From NCBI GenBank assembly GCA_963675495.1, contig OY776215.1, positions 480,001-544,000 on the forward strand: a DNA stretch of 64,000 nucleotides, given 5' to 3'. Each line of letters opens with the position of its first letter. The stretch's first letter is position 1. Under the pieces are notes generated by a model. The model saw nothing but the letters and a program-made list of their open reading frames with translations, had not been told where the DNA came from and searched no databases. This document shows, piece after piece, positions 49,718-59,885 of this stretch. This stretch comes from an uncultured Methanolobus sp. (lineage in GTDB: Archaea > Halobacteriota > Methanosarcinia > Methanosarcinales > Methanosarcinaceae). Made by a program: the position numbers and the translations under genes.

Positions 49718-50701
49718 TTAACTGAAGTCAATGATTGAGAAGTATCCTACTTCTTCGAAGTATTCCATTGATGCTGGAGACTTTGCGAAGTTGATGAAGG
49801 ACTGCTCAATTGAGGATGGGTTTCCGTTTGTAAGGTAGTTGAGTGGTCTTGTAAGGTCGCTCTGGTAGGTGTCCTCACCTGAGAGACAGTCAAGTATTGC
49901 ATCTTCATCTACTACATTGTATCCATCTACACCAATGATTACTACTGCATCTGAGGAAGCTGCAAATCCATAGTCAACAAATCCGATTGATTCTGTTGTG
50001 TCTTCCACTGCTGCAAGCACACCAGCATTTCCTACTGCACCTGTAGCTTCAGAATCGTCAACATCCTTTGCGCTCGCGTAGTCGCCACCAAGGTACTTTG
50101 CGAATGTCTCTTCTGTACCACTTGCTTCTGATCTCTGGTAGACTGTGGTTACTGTACCTGATGCCTGAGTGATGTTTCCACTAGAAATTGCTACATCTAC
50201 TGTACCATCAGTACAGTTACCGTATATGTTGAAAAGCTCAGTCTGTGTAATGTTACCACCAGCGATATTGCTGTTTGCGTTGGTGATTACTACTACAGCG
50301 CTTCCACCGATCTGGTGTGCCTGGAGTGTTGGATAGTCAGTGACTGTGTCAACTTCTTTGGATGCTGAACCGATGTCAATGATGTCGAGTTCGGTTGATG
50401 TGATACCTGCACCGGATCCACCGCCCTGTACTGTTACCTTGATACCGTTGTGGTCTGCCATGTATGCTTCTGCGAGAAGTTCAGAGACTGGCTGAACTGT
50501 GGTTGAACCTGCGATAAGAAGTTCGGTTGATGCTGCAGATGTTGCGTCTGATGCACTTGCGGAGTCTGAAACGTCACTTGAGAATGATCCCATGATCGTA
50601 CCTACAGCTGCTGCACCAGCGATTGCTACCACTACTAAAACGAGGGTTGCAACGATTGGAGAAACACCAGCTTCATCGTTGAAAATTTTCTTTAAATTCA
50701 T
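49718..50701 (-). CDS. pstS: Phosphate-binding protein PstS with archaeal type IV pilin (class III) N-terminus
   Basis: MNLKKIFNDEAG|VSPIVATLVLVVVAIAGAAAVG, Ser/Ala linker, then GSTTVQP, GGGSGAGI, RSEASGT, IGFV and RPL PstS motifs. Confidence 0.92.
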   Translation of the reverse strand: MNLKKIFNDEAGVSPIVATLVLVVVAIAGAAAVGTIMGSFSSDVSDSASASDATSAASTELLIAGSTTVQPVSELLAEAYMADHNGIKVTVQGGGSGAGITSTELDIIDIGSASKEVDTVTDYPTLQAHQIGGSAVVVITNANSNIAGGNITQTELFNIYGNCTDGTVDVAISSGNITQASGTVTTVYQRSEASGTEETFAKYLGGDYASAKDVDDSEATGAVGNAGVLAAVEDTTESIGFVDYGFAASSDAVVIIGVDGYNVVDEDAILDCLSGEDTYQSDLTRPLNYLTNGNPSSIEQSFINFAKSPASMEYFEEVGYFSIIDFS

Positions 50702-51009
50702 ATTTATCGTACACCAATTTTGTTTATGTTCCTATTTGCGAGCGGGGTTTAATCGCTCTGGCATCTAATTGGATGGTGAATATATAATACTTATACAAAT
50801 GATGTATATAGGCAAATAATCAATATAGATTTCTTTTTTCTCTATATACAAGTGCATATACAACAATGGATTTTACTTAAGTGTTGAATGATAAACAAAT
50901 ATAATAAAAAATAAAAGTTAGCAATCAAAAAAGAGCTAAACATAACGATAAATGTTATTGGATTGAAAACTAAAAAGAAATACAATAAAGTATTTGCGAA
51001 CTACAGTAA

Positions 51010-53058
51010 TTACTTTGCAATCAAAGTATAAGCAAGCGAAAATACAGTCAGTGCAATAACAATAATTATCAAAAATAGATAATTTTCAACGGCATTTACA
51101 GCAGCATTTTCAACCAGGGAAAACAATGAAAGTATACCATCTAACATCCCTTCAAATGGACCAGTGACAGCTCGTTGCCCTTTGTCAAAAATAGTTCCAA
51201 TATCGTCTGCTTTCTCTGAGAAATAATTACGTGTTGCAGGTAACTGATACACATCTGAGGATTCATCAGTAATATCTTCATTGATAGAATACAGAGCTTC
51301 ATCACCACTATTAACTTCTTTCTCAGATCGTACAGCAATTGGAATTTGGGCTGCTACATTATCAATACCATCAGTATCAGAAACCCACCCACTATCAAAA
51401 GGACTCCAGTATTGTTTAATCTCCTTACCACTATCATAATGTGAAGACTGTGCTTCCCCATCATAACCTCCAATCCCCCTGAACTCACATACTGCAGGGG
51501 GAAGGTCAGGTGCATTAGAAGAGCTGAAATCATAGCCAAAAGTAAGTGTTGAGCCTGGCGGGAGAAGTACCCCCTCTACAGAGACAATTTGTGTACCATT
51601 GACCCTTGAAACGCTAAGATCCCATTCACTTAGCGGCAAATCGCTCCCTTCCAGGCTCTTTTCCAAACTACCACCCACATAGCTTAGTTCATCGGGAATA
51701 ATATCTGTCAGGTTTACCCAGGATGCACGGTCTCCATCATTGTACGCTTTAAGAGTGACCGAGTAATCAGTGCCTGAACCAGACAGAGATTTGGACAGGA
51801 TCACATGAGGACCATGGACTGTTATACTGCCTGATTCGGAATTCCAGGTGAATTCCTTTCCAAAAAAATTTGCAGTGGCAACTACGCTGTCAAAAGAGTA
51901 TTCACCCTGCCTTATTGGAATCAGCTTTTGCCCGAGATAATACTGTCCGTCAGGAGCCATTCCATTATAACTACCAGACTCATATGTTTCATAGATAACA
52001 AATTCATCAGGTACCTGTGTAAAGTCTATAGTCAGATCATCAACTGTGTACAGACCTGTATTGTAAACATGGGTCCGGAGGAATGAATACTCCCAGGCAT
52101 CCCAAATCTCATAGTCTTTAGAGTTACGGTTATCAATACTACTTTCAAATTCCTGGACATACCAGGAAGTCATATTGATCTCTTCATTCACGATTTTAAA
52201 AACAACCTTTATATCAGGCTCTGTACAACCAAATGAGTAGGAATTATTGGCATCAAAGTAACCATCTTTTATGTCATACCCACCAGCCGTTGCGTTGACA
52301 TAATAGATAAGGTCATAAGGAGATGTCTTACCATCCCATTCAGGTGCAACTATAGTAAAATTGATGCTGGTAGTATCACCGACTTCAAGGCAGCCAAGGT
52401 TCTTTTTTATAATTCCATCCCTGTACTCAAAATCCCCTTTAGCTTTAAGTCTGAACTCACCAATATCAACATTAAGGATTGCATTCTCAATCCAGGCTTC
52501 GCCAGTATTTTTCACTTCCACATCAATGTGTTTCTCTTCACCCGGAGCGTATTGTTCTGATGAGACATCAACATCATCGACCGTCTCAGAACTTGCTTCA
52601 ATAATTATTTCAAGTTCCGGCCATCCTCTTGAAAAGATTTCCACATGAGCAGAAGGTGTTTTCTGACTATCTTCTGTGATATCAGTGAGTTCAACTTTAA
52701 CCTCATTATCCCACTCGAACCACTTTCGATCGTAATCACCATTCAAAAAAAGGAATTCTCCCCTGACAACTCCGGCTTTCTCGATTGATATCAAAGCTGC
52801 ACTCAGATCTTCATCGAAGTCATCTGCCCTGAAAGTATAATCGATACCGTTGACTTCTATATTTTCTATTTGTCCCCACTGGATACTAAGTGAACCTTCA
52901 CTGACCCACTCCACGCAGGTATCAAGGTCATCACATGGACAATTGGTATTTGCAGATGCAAAAGGAAGGCATGAAGAGAATAGTAATACCAGTGCTGTGA
53001 GGTAGAACAGACTAAGTATATGTCCAGACGTTTTTTTCACTAAGCCCACTCTCCACAA
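51010..53058 (-). CDS. Secreted, C-terminally membrane-anchored cell-surface protein (S-layer/BatD/DUF11-like beta domains)
   Basis: Sec signal ending ASA, acidic beta-rich repeats (VEVKNTGEA, LKAYNDGDRA..LTDIIP), C-terminal TM helix. Confidence 0.75.
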   Translation of the reverse strand: MWRVGLVKKTSGHILSLFYLTALVLLFSSCLPFASANTNCPCDDLDTCVEWVSEGSLSIQWGQIENIEVNGIDYTFRADDFDEDLSAALISIEKAGVVRGEFLFLNGDYDRKWFEWDNEVKVELTDITEDSQKTPSAHVEIFSRGWPELEIIIEASSETVDDVDVSSEQYAPGEEKHIDVEVKNTGEAWIENAILNVDIGEFRLKAKGDFEYRDGIIKKNLGCLEVGDTTSINFTIVAPEWDGKTSPYDLIYYVNATAGGYDIKDGYFDANNSYSFGCTEPDIKVVFKIVNEEINMTSWYVQEFESSIDNRNSKDYEIWDAWEYSFLRTHVYNTGLYTVDDLTIDFTQVPDEFVIYETYESGSYNGMAPDGQYYLGQKLIPIRQGEYSFDSVVATANFFGKEFTWNSESGSITVHGPHVILSKSLSGSGTDYSVTLKAYNDGDRASWVNLTDIIPDELSYVGGSLEKSLEGSDLPLSEWDLSVSRVNGTQIVSVEGVLLPPGSTLTFGYDFSSSNAPDLPPAVCEFRGIGGYDGEAQSSHYDSGKEIKQYWSPFDSGWVSDTDGIDNVAAQIPIAVRSEKEVNSGDEALYSINEDITDESSDVYQLPATRNYFSEKADDIGTIFDKGQRAVTGPFEGMLDGILSLFSLVENAAVNAVENYLFLIIIVIALTVFSLAYTLIAK

Positions 53059-53253
53059 TTATGACTTACTAGATACTTTTTTAGACAGAATATATATCAG
53101 CAGGGCATACCCGGACAAAGTAACAAAAACAAAGGGTACAGCCATATTAAAGAAAGACGATGGAGTGTACCAGCATGTCGAATAGAAGGTATACAGGGAA
53201 AGTACCACTGCTGCCAGCAAACTGACTATTCTCTTCATGGTGGGTAAAATCAC
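53059..53253 (-). CDS. Small two-TM membrane protein
   Basis: 64 aa, two hydrophobic helices, abuts the next gene. Confidence 0.6.
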   Translation of the reverse strand: MILPTMKRIVSLLAAVVLSLYTFYSTCWYTPSSFFNMAVPFVFVTLSGYALLIYILSKKVSSKS

Positions 53254-53347
53254 AGTTAATCATATATCCCTTTCACAAAGGAAATACATACTGCACTTTT
53301 AACTATTGGGAACTAAATAGAATATGTGAAAATATGAAAAGATAATT

Positions 53348-53782
53348 CTATCCTCTTTTCAGCACTTCATATCCAAATACGGATATCGCTATTATAATAG
53401 ATGTCATGGAAAGCATGAATATCATGTTGGAATACATTTCTTCCAGAACGAACCATGAAAGACCCCCCAAGACATGCGTGACGCTCATAAGTAAGATAAT
53501 AAAAACACCAATTGGATAGATTTCTTCATTCTCCAGGAATTTGAGAATGGTGTAACCCATGACATAATAGAAAATGACAGTTAAAGCCAGGTACGGGATA
53601 ACAATTCCATTTTTCACTGCAAATACCAATGTTGGACTGAACTCGTGTGCAAGTATATTCTCTATGCTACCGGCAAAATAGAATGTAAAGGAGTAATCAA
53701 TGATCACTCCCACGCAGAGAAAAATAGGAATGAGCCTATAATTGTGATAGATCGATCGCAGACTCTGCAATATTTGACGCAT
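53348..53782 (-). CDS. Membrane protein (four TM helices, weak DUF5658-like pattern)
   Basis: IDYSFT..HEFSP motif parallels the GDFLTT..EEN motif of 38869; overlaps the phoU 3' end. Confidence 0.65.
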   Translation of the reverse strand: MRQILQSLRSIYHNYRLIPIFLCVGVIIDYSFTFYFAGSIENILAHEFSPTLVFAVKNGIVIPYLALTVIFYYVMGYTILKFLENEEIYPIGVFIILLMSVTHVLGGLSWFVLEEMYSNMIFMLSMTSIIIAISVFGYEVLKRG

Positions 53783-54698
53783 AATCTTTTATCCTGCTAA
53801 AACTGTCAATTATCAACTCAACGGAATCCTCGGTCGGCAACTGGCTGGCCTGGATTAGTTTTTCGTTGAACTTTTTTTCCCTGCCAAGGACATCATTTGC
53901 AAGCTCACTGTTGGATTCCCTGAGTGCTTCGGTGCTGTCCATGAAGAGAGATCGGCACTCCTGACATAATTCTACCAACATAGAAAGCACACTTTCTGGC
54001 AACGTGATATAAGAAAAATGTAATGATATCTTAGATATGTGATCACCAATACGCTCTATATCATTTGCAGCAAGACGATAATAGAAAGACTCAACAAGAT
54101 TCAGATTATCATGCTTTGAAGGTTTTTTCAGATTCAGGCGTTCCACATGTTGCCTGGATACAAGAAGGAACATACGGTCCAGATCATCGTCACGGGATAT
54201 TATATGGCCACACATTTCCCGATCATTTTCCATAAATACAGTAGCAAGCTCATCAAGCATGAGATAGACAAGCGAGGACATCCTTTTGAGACCCTTTTCG
54301 ATTGTGAAATCCTCAGTATCAAGGAAATTCTTTATCACTATTTTCTTATCACTGCTTTCAACGATCTCAAGTCCCACAAGACGATGACATAATTCTTTGA
54401 TCTCGCGGCGTACCTCTCCAGAGATATCATCGCCAATAAGTTCTATTGCCTGATAGTCCTTAACAATATAAAGGCCCACTATATCCCTTATTATATGATC
54501 TAATTGCTTGTTTAACTTTATTTTTTTAGCCTTCTTTGAAGGCTTTGCTGCAGGAGGTTTGAGGAGTAAGGAACCATCATCCTGGTAAAAAATAGAGATA
54601 TGAGAGCCAGCTTCAAGTTTTGAGTTAAGCGCCCATTTCTTAGGCAGGGTCATAACATAAGTGGATTTGCCTGTTATCTGCACTTTTCTGCTATCCAT
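53736..54698 (-). CDS. phoU: Phosphate uptake regulator, AbrB-PhoU-PhoU
   Basis: MDSRKVQITGKSTYVMTLPKKW, RDDDLDRMF, ERIGDH, RIKDYASNIAE. Confidence 0.92.
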   Translation of the reverse strand: MDSRKVQITGKSTYVMTLPKKWALNSKLEAGSHISIFYQDDGSLLLKPPAAKPSKKAKKIKLNKQLDHIIRDIVGLYIVKDYQAIELIGDDISGEVRREIKELCHRLVGLEIVESSDKKIVIKNFLDTEDFTIEKGLKRMSSLVYLMLDELATVFMENDREMCGHIISRDDDLDRMFLLVSRQHVERLNLKKPSKHDNLNLVESFYYRLAANDIERIGDHISKISLHFSYITLPESVLSMLVELCQECRSLFMDSTEALRESNSELANDVLGREKKFNEKLIQASQLPTEDSVELIIDSFSRIKDYASNIAESAIDLSQL

Positions 54699-54852
54699 GT
54701 GTTTTCACGTTCCAATGGGATGTTAAGACTATTGAACCGGAATTTGGCTATAAACTTTATCTCTATACATCTATAGCTTCTATGTAAAATATATAGTCGA
54801 AGCAAGAGCAAATATGACAGAGTGAAAAATTCCTTGTAGAAACACAGGAAAA

Positions 54853-56667
54853 TCATTCATTTCCTTTATTCTGACAAGGTACACTAAAATAAAATGTGCT
54901 TCCTTCTCCAAGCCTGGATTCCACCCACAGTTTGCCTTCATGCTGATCGACAATGTGCTTTGCTATAGATAATCCCAGACCATTTCCTCCAAACTTTCGA
55001 GTTGAAGTACCATCAACCTGGTAGAACTTCTCGAATATATGCTCCAGGTTTTCCTTGGGAATGCCTACTCCGGTATCTTTAACGTAGATTACGCTTTCTT
55101 GTTCATTGGGTATTGTACCAATCTCAACATAACCACCTTTGTCGGTGAATTTTAATGCATTGTCTATGAGTTTCGTAAGAGCATATGCAAGCTTTTCGGG
55201 GTCTGCTTTCACAAGCTGGTCCTTCTCGAGTTTTTTAACAACATCCACACCTGAAGTCTCAAGTTTTCCATTAAAAGTTTTACAGGCAGTTTCCACAACT
55301 CCATTAAGACTTGTTTTTACCAGATCCAATGTTCCCAGCTCATCTTCACTCCGGGCAATTTCCAGAAGGTCCTGGATCATCCAATTCTGCTTTTCAAGAG
55401 CTTGCAGTGATTTACCAAGATAAACACTTCGTTTTTCATAATTGGCCTCATCCATGGAAATCTCCACATATCCTTTCATAATATTAAGAGGAGTGCGCAA
55501 TTCATGCGAGATGTTGGAAATAATGTTGCGTTTCATTTGTTCAAGTTTCTTTACTTCCGTCATATCTTTGGCAACAGCCACATATTTTACCTCGTCTCTG
55601 TATTCCACGCTGCCCATACTCATTATAACGGACTTCATTTTACCACTAGAGGTAATGAAACTTAGCTCATGTATAAAATTGACATTGCCACCATCGGGGT
55701 TGTTGAAAACTGATTTCAGGTTTTCATCTTGTTCTTTAAAGAAGGAGTAAATATCATTACCTATGATTTCATCTTTCTGTGACTCGGCGATTTTTATGAA
55801 TGCCTCATTGATAAATTCGATCTTCCCTAAATCATCGGTAACAATAATCCCATCAAGACTGCCAGAAACTATTTTGATGAGATAGTTCCTTGTATCAAGT
55901 ATTTCCTTTGTGTTTTTTTCTTTCTCTTTGATAAGATAACCTATATGTTCTGCCATATCGTTAAAAGAACTAGCAAGTTGACCTACTTCATTTCTGGATT
56001 GGATCGTGACTTTGTGATCAAGATTTCCTTCGCCGAATATTTTCACACCTTCCTTCAATTCCAATATCGGCCTGGAAACAACAGAACCTGCAAAATATGC
56101 TACATTAGAACCCACAAGCATAAGCAAAAGAACGAACAGTCCCAGAGAGATCGTGAACTTGTCAACTGTAGTCCTTATACTTTCCTGGGACATACCCACA
56201 TGAACTTCACCTGCCGTTCCATCAAGTATAGGATATGAAATATCCCTGACAGAGCCCATTTCAGTATCAAGTAAAAGGCTACTGCTTTTTCCAATGGAAG
56301 GGTTTATCCCCTTAAGATCTATGGGAAACCCACCTTTGAAAGTATGGACCATGACCTCACCGCGTTCATCAACTATAAAAACGTACACCACTTCAGCTTC
56401 ACTTTCCTTGATCGTTTCCACAAACCATTGAAGTCGAACCTGATTATCCGTAAGAATTGGGTTCACGCTATTTTCCGCCAGATTACGTGTAATAGAGATA
56501 CCTTTTTCGTTTAATTCCGTCTTCATCATATTTGTCTGCACTACATTCAGATAAGAACCCATTAAAACACCAAGTATCAGAATAATACCTACCACAGTAA
56601 GTATCAGTTTGGCTCTGATGCTAAAATTATCAAAATTTGAAATAATGTTTTTTAACGTTTTTTGCAT
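54853..56667 (-). CDS. Membrane HAMP-PAS sensor histidine kinase
   Basis: Two TM helices, HAMP (RPILEL..NEVGQLASSFNDM), PAS, SHELRTPL, DNALKFT, GNGLGL. Confidence 0.93.
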   Translation of the reverse strand: MQKTLKNIISNFDNFSIRAKLILTVVGIILILGVLMGSYLNVVQTNMMKTELNEKGISITRNLAENSVNPILTDNQVRLQWFVETIKESEAEVVYVFIVDERGEVMVHTFKGGFPIDLKGINPSIGKSSSLLLDTEMGSVRDISYPILDGTAGEVHVGMSQESIRTTVDKFTISLGLFVLLLMLVGSNVAYFAGSVVSRPILELKEGVKIFGEGNLDHKVTIQSRNEVGQLASSFNDMAEHIGYLIKEKEKNTKEILDTRNYLIKIVSGSLDGIIVTDDLGKIEFINEAFIKIAESQKDEIIGNDIYSFFKEQDENLKSVFNNPDGGNVNFIHELSFITSSGKMKSVIMSMGSVEYRDEVKYVAVAKDMTEVKKLEQMKRNIISNISHELRTPLNIMKGYVEISMDEANYEKRSVYLGKSLQALEKQNWMIQDLLEIARSEDELGTLDLVKTSLNGVVETACKTFNGKLETSGVDVVKKLEKDQLVKADPEKLAYALTKLIDNALKFTDKGGYVEIGTIPNEQESVIYVKDTGVGIPKENLEHIFEKFYQVDGTSTRKFGGNGLGLSIAKHIVDQHEGKLWVESRLGEGSTFYFSVPCQNKGNE

Positions 56668-56693
56668 GTTTGTACCTGATCATTTACAAATCA

Positions 56694-57620
56694 TCATTCT
56701 TGGACAGCATATACACCGTGGTCCATCTCAACGAACATGTTGAACTGCATGTTTTTCAGAATATTTCTTCCTTCAGGGGAATCATGCATACTGAATAAAG
56801 AGGACTTAAGCTTTCCCTCCAGTTCCCTGTCAATTTCCGGATGTACTGCAATTACAGGAGCAAGCTGAGGAGGTGATGAATAGATTATTTTCAAATTTGA
56901 AGAATAATCAAGAGAATCTTCCACAATATATTCCCACATGGTACAATCTATCTCGGCACCATCAAGTGTTCCCTGAACGATCATATCAATAAAATTATCC
57001 TGGCTGTTGCTATAAATATAGTTGGAAAAGAAAGAATCCGGAGACCCATTAATCGTCACTCGCATGTATTCAGGGACGACCTCCCCCTGCTCAAAACGAT
57101 AACTGTTGAATGCAACCCTTTTGTTTCGTAGATCCTCCAGCGAGTCGATATCATCATCAGATCTTGTAATTACATAAGAATAATAATGTATATCGCCATG
57201 AATAACAGGAATTGCTATGATATCCATTCCAAAGTCATCATGACCTTTTAGATAATCATCTTCCCTCACAAATACTGCATCCAGATATTTTGTTTCCAGC
57301 AGATAATTTAGCTCTTTCGGATTGTCCCTCTGGACTAGTTCAAAATCAAGCCCCGTATCCTCTGAAAGGTAGCCAATGAAGTCCTGATAGTAGCCCATGG
57401 TCGTTTTAGGAGATGCCATTGCAAAAACACCAATGCGGACTGATTTGTTGTTAGTATCCAAATTTTCCAGGGCCTCTGTTTTTTCAAGAGATACTGCTAA
57501 AGCCTCCTCTCCTTCAAAGCATCCGCTTGAAGCCGTTATCACTACAAAAGATAAAAGCAGAGGGACTAAAAAAAAGTATTTACCATAATGTAACATTCGT
57601 TTTTTCATTCTTTGGCTCAC
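56694..57620 (-). CDS. PhnD-like phosphate/phosphite/phosphonate-binding lipoprotein
   Basis: SSGC lipobox, YYSYVITR..I.SLEDLRNKRVAF, KLKSSLFSMH..GRNIL pattern of the PhnD family. Confidence 0.8.
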   Translation of the reverse strand: MSQRMKKRMLHYGKYFFLVPLLLSFVVITASSGCFEGEEALAVSLEKTEALENLDTNNKSVRIGVFAMASPKTTMGYYQDFIGYLSEDTGLDFELVQRDNPKELNYLLETKYLDAVFVREDDYLKGHDDFGMDIIAIPVIHGDIHYYSYVITRSDDDIDSLEDLRNKRVAFNSYRFEQGEVVPEYMRVTINGSPDSFFSNYIYSNSQDNFIDMIVQGTLDGAEIDCTMWEYIVEDSLDYSSNLKIIYSSPPQLAPVIAVHPEIDRELEGKLKSSLFSMHDSPEGRNILKNMQFNMFVEMDHGVYAVQE

Positions 57621-57758
57621 AACAACATCATTTTTACTTAAGCATATCTACCTAATTATGATACATAAGCCACTTAGTATATATAAATTGTTCATCATAA
57701 ATAAATAATGCATAGATATATATGTACGTGATATCACTACATACATTGGTGGATAGAT

Positions 57759-58685
57759 TTGAATTCAAAAAACAAATACATATTAATTATTAGTGTTTGT
57801 GCATTATTGATTTCTGTTTTGTTCCTGGTGGGTCAGTTAAATTCCCATGAAAAGGACACATTTACAAAAGGGAATGCACTCCTGATATCGACAACAACAG
57901 ACGAACCTGAAAATCCAGACCTGACCGTAAGCAAGATATTCATCAAAGGATCGGACACAATTTTGCCGGTATCTATTGCAGAGTCCGAGGCTTACATGGA
58001 ACTACACCCACAAACAGAGATTATTGTAATAGGTGGTGGGTCGTCACTGGGAATTGCCAGTTTTATAGAAGGCGAGGTTGAGATAGCAATGGCCTCCAGA
58101 AAAATAAAAGAATCAGAACTTGCAAGTGCAACAAGTAATGGAATCAATCCTGTGGAGAGTGTCATCGCCTGGGACGGAATATCCATAATTGTAAACGAGG
58201 ACAATCCGCTGGAGAGTTTAAGCATCGAGCAACTCCAAAGTATCTATATGGGAAAAATTACAAATTGGAGTGAACTTGGAGGAAGTGACGAAGAAATTGA
58301 AGTCTTAGTGCGTGACAGCAGCTCAGGAACCTACGGATTCTTTAAGGAGCATGTGCTGCAGGATGAAGAATACACATTAAGTGCGATCACAGAACCAAAT
58401 ACGGAAGCTGTAGTTGGAGACGTGGCATCAAACAGCGCTGCTATCGGATATATAGGGCTTGCCTATATGGATGACAGTGTCAAGATGCTCGGGCTTGGAA
58501 CACCAGAAAACTTCTTTTATCCTGAGTCTGAATCCATCACAAACGGAAACTACCCGCTTTCCAGGCCGCTTCAGTATTATACAAACGGACAGCCTGAAGG
58601 AACTACGAAAGAATATATAGAGTTTGTATTGAGTAACAGTGGACAGGAAATTCTTACTGAAGTGGGATATCTTCCGGTTAGCTGA
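57759..58685 (+). CDS. pstS: Conventional membrane-anchored phosphate-binding protein PstS
   Basis: GSDTILP, GGGSSLGI, MASR, RDSSSGT, IGYIG, YPLSRPL; simple N-terminal TM anchor. Confidence 0.93.
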   Translation: MNSKNKYILIISVCALLISVLFLVGQLNSHEKDTFTKGNALLISTTTDEPENPDLTVSKIFIKGSDTILPVSIAESEAYMELHPQTEIIVIGGGSSLGIASFIEGEVEIAMASRKIKESELASATSNGINPVESVIAWDGISIIVNEDNPLESLSIEQLQSIYMGKITNWSELGGSDEEIEVLVRDSSSGTYGFFKEHVLQDEEYTLSAITEPNTEAVVGDVASNSAAIGYIGLAYMDDSVKMLGLGTPENFFYPESESITNGNYPLSRPLQYYTNGQPEGTTKEYIEFVLSNSGQEILTEVGYLPVS

Positions 58686-58762
58686 ACAATAAGATCAAAA
58701 ACGATATATAAATCATGGGACCTGGCTGGAAACGAAAGCAAAAATAAGAAAGAACGGAGCGC

Positions 58763-59860
58763 TTATCCCAACAATGAGTCAGGACCTATACGCCCACTCT
58801 TCACCATATGATCCGCAAGCACCAATGCCATCATAGACTCTGCCACAGGCACCATTCTTGGAGGAATTGTCGGGTCATGTCTGCCATGGACTTCAAGATC
58901 GATCTCTTTCATTGCAGCCATGTCAACGCTCTTCTGGGTCTTTGAAATAGAAGGTGTGGGTTTTACGGCTATCCTGCAGATTATTGGCAGCCCTGTGGAT
59001 ATACCACCTATCATACCACCGGCGTTATTAGTACTTGGAACTACCTTGCCATTTTCAAGTATGAATGGATCGTTCATCTGGCTACCCTTCATCCGGGAGC
59101 ATTCAAAACCAGCGCCTATTTCAACACCTTTCACGGCACCAATTCCCATCATCGCACAGGCAATATCAGCATCCAGCTTGCCGAATACTGGTTCGCCAAG
59201 ACCTGTAGGTACGCCCGTGGCTATTATTTCCACGATTCCACCAATACTATCACCTTCAAGACGGGCAGTATTCACCTGATCAAGCATCTTTTCAGCAGCT
59301 TCAGGGTCAGCACAGCGGACAACATTTTTTTCCACGTTCAAGCGTATCTCATCAAAGGAAAGCTGCTTTGCTTTTACACCACCAAGCTCAACAACATGGG
59401 CAAATACCTCAATACCTGCCTGAGAGAGGATTTTTTTGGCAACAGCACCTCCGGCAACCCTGCCAATGGTTTCCCTGCCGGATGACCTTCCGCCACCTCT
59501 GTGGTCACGGATTCCATATTTCTCAGAATAGAAGAGGTCGGCATGCCCCGGACGAGGGATGTTCTTTATGTAATCGTATGCGCTGGATTTAGCATTCTTG
59601 TTCCATACAAGCATGGATACGGGCATTCCCGTTGTAACGCCATCGATCACACCGGACAATATCTCCACTGAATCGGATTCTGAGCGGGGTGTGGATACTT
59701 CACTCTGCCCCGGACGACGGCGGTCGAGGTCTTCCTGAATATCAGCTTCTGATAATTCAAGTCCTGCCGGTACTCCATCAACAACAACTCCCAGGGCTTT
59801 ACCATGGGATTCACCCCATGTAGTTATCTTGAAAGAGTGTCCAAATGTATTTCCTGGCAT
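58763..59860 (-). CDS. aroC: Chorismate synthase
   Basis: [33 protein letters not shown]. Confidence 0.97.
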   Translation of the reverse strand: MPGNTFGHSFKITTWGESHGKALGVVVDGVPAGLELSEADIQEDLDRRRPGQSEVSTPRSESDSVEILSGVIDGVTTGMPVSMLVWNKNAKSSAYDYIKNIPRPGHADLFYSEKYGIRDHRGGGRSSGRETIGRVAGGAVAKKILSQAGIEVFAHVVELGGVKAKQLSFDEIRLNVEKNVVRCADPEAAEKMLDQVNTARLEGDSIGGIVEIIATGVPTGLGEPVFGKLDADIACAMMGIGAVKGVEIGAGFECSRMKGSQMNDPFILENGKVVPSTNNAGGMIGGISTGLPIICRIAVKPTPSISKTQKSVDMAAMKEIDLEVHGRHDPTIPPRMVPVAESMMALVLADHMVKSGRIGPDSLLG

Positions 59861-59885
59861 AATCGTATAGAGTTCCTGATAATAT

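Noticed and set aside
54725-54800. CTATA repeats upstream of phoU as a Pho-box-like operator (similar TATAT runs near 41470, 50800, 57680)
   Set aside because: Spacing is irregular (15, 8, 9 bp) and the motif cannot be separated by eye from AT-rich promoter background; needs motif statistics
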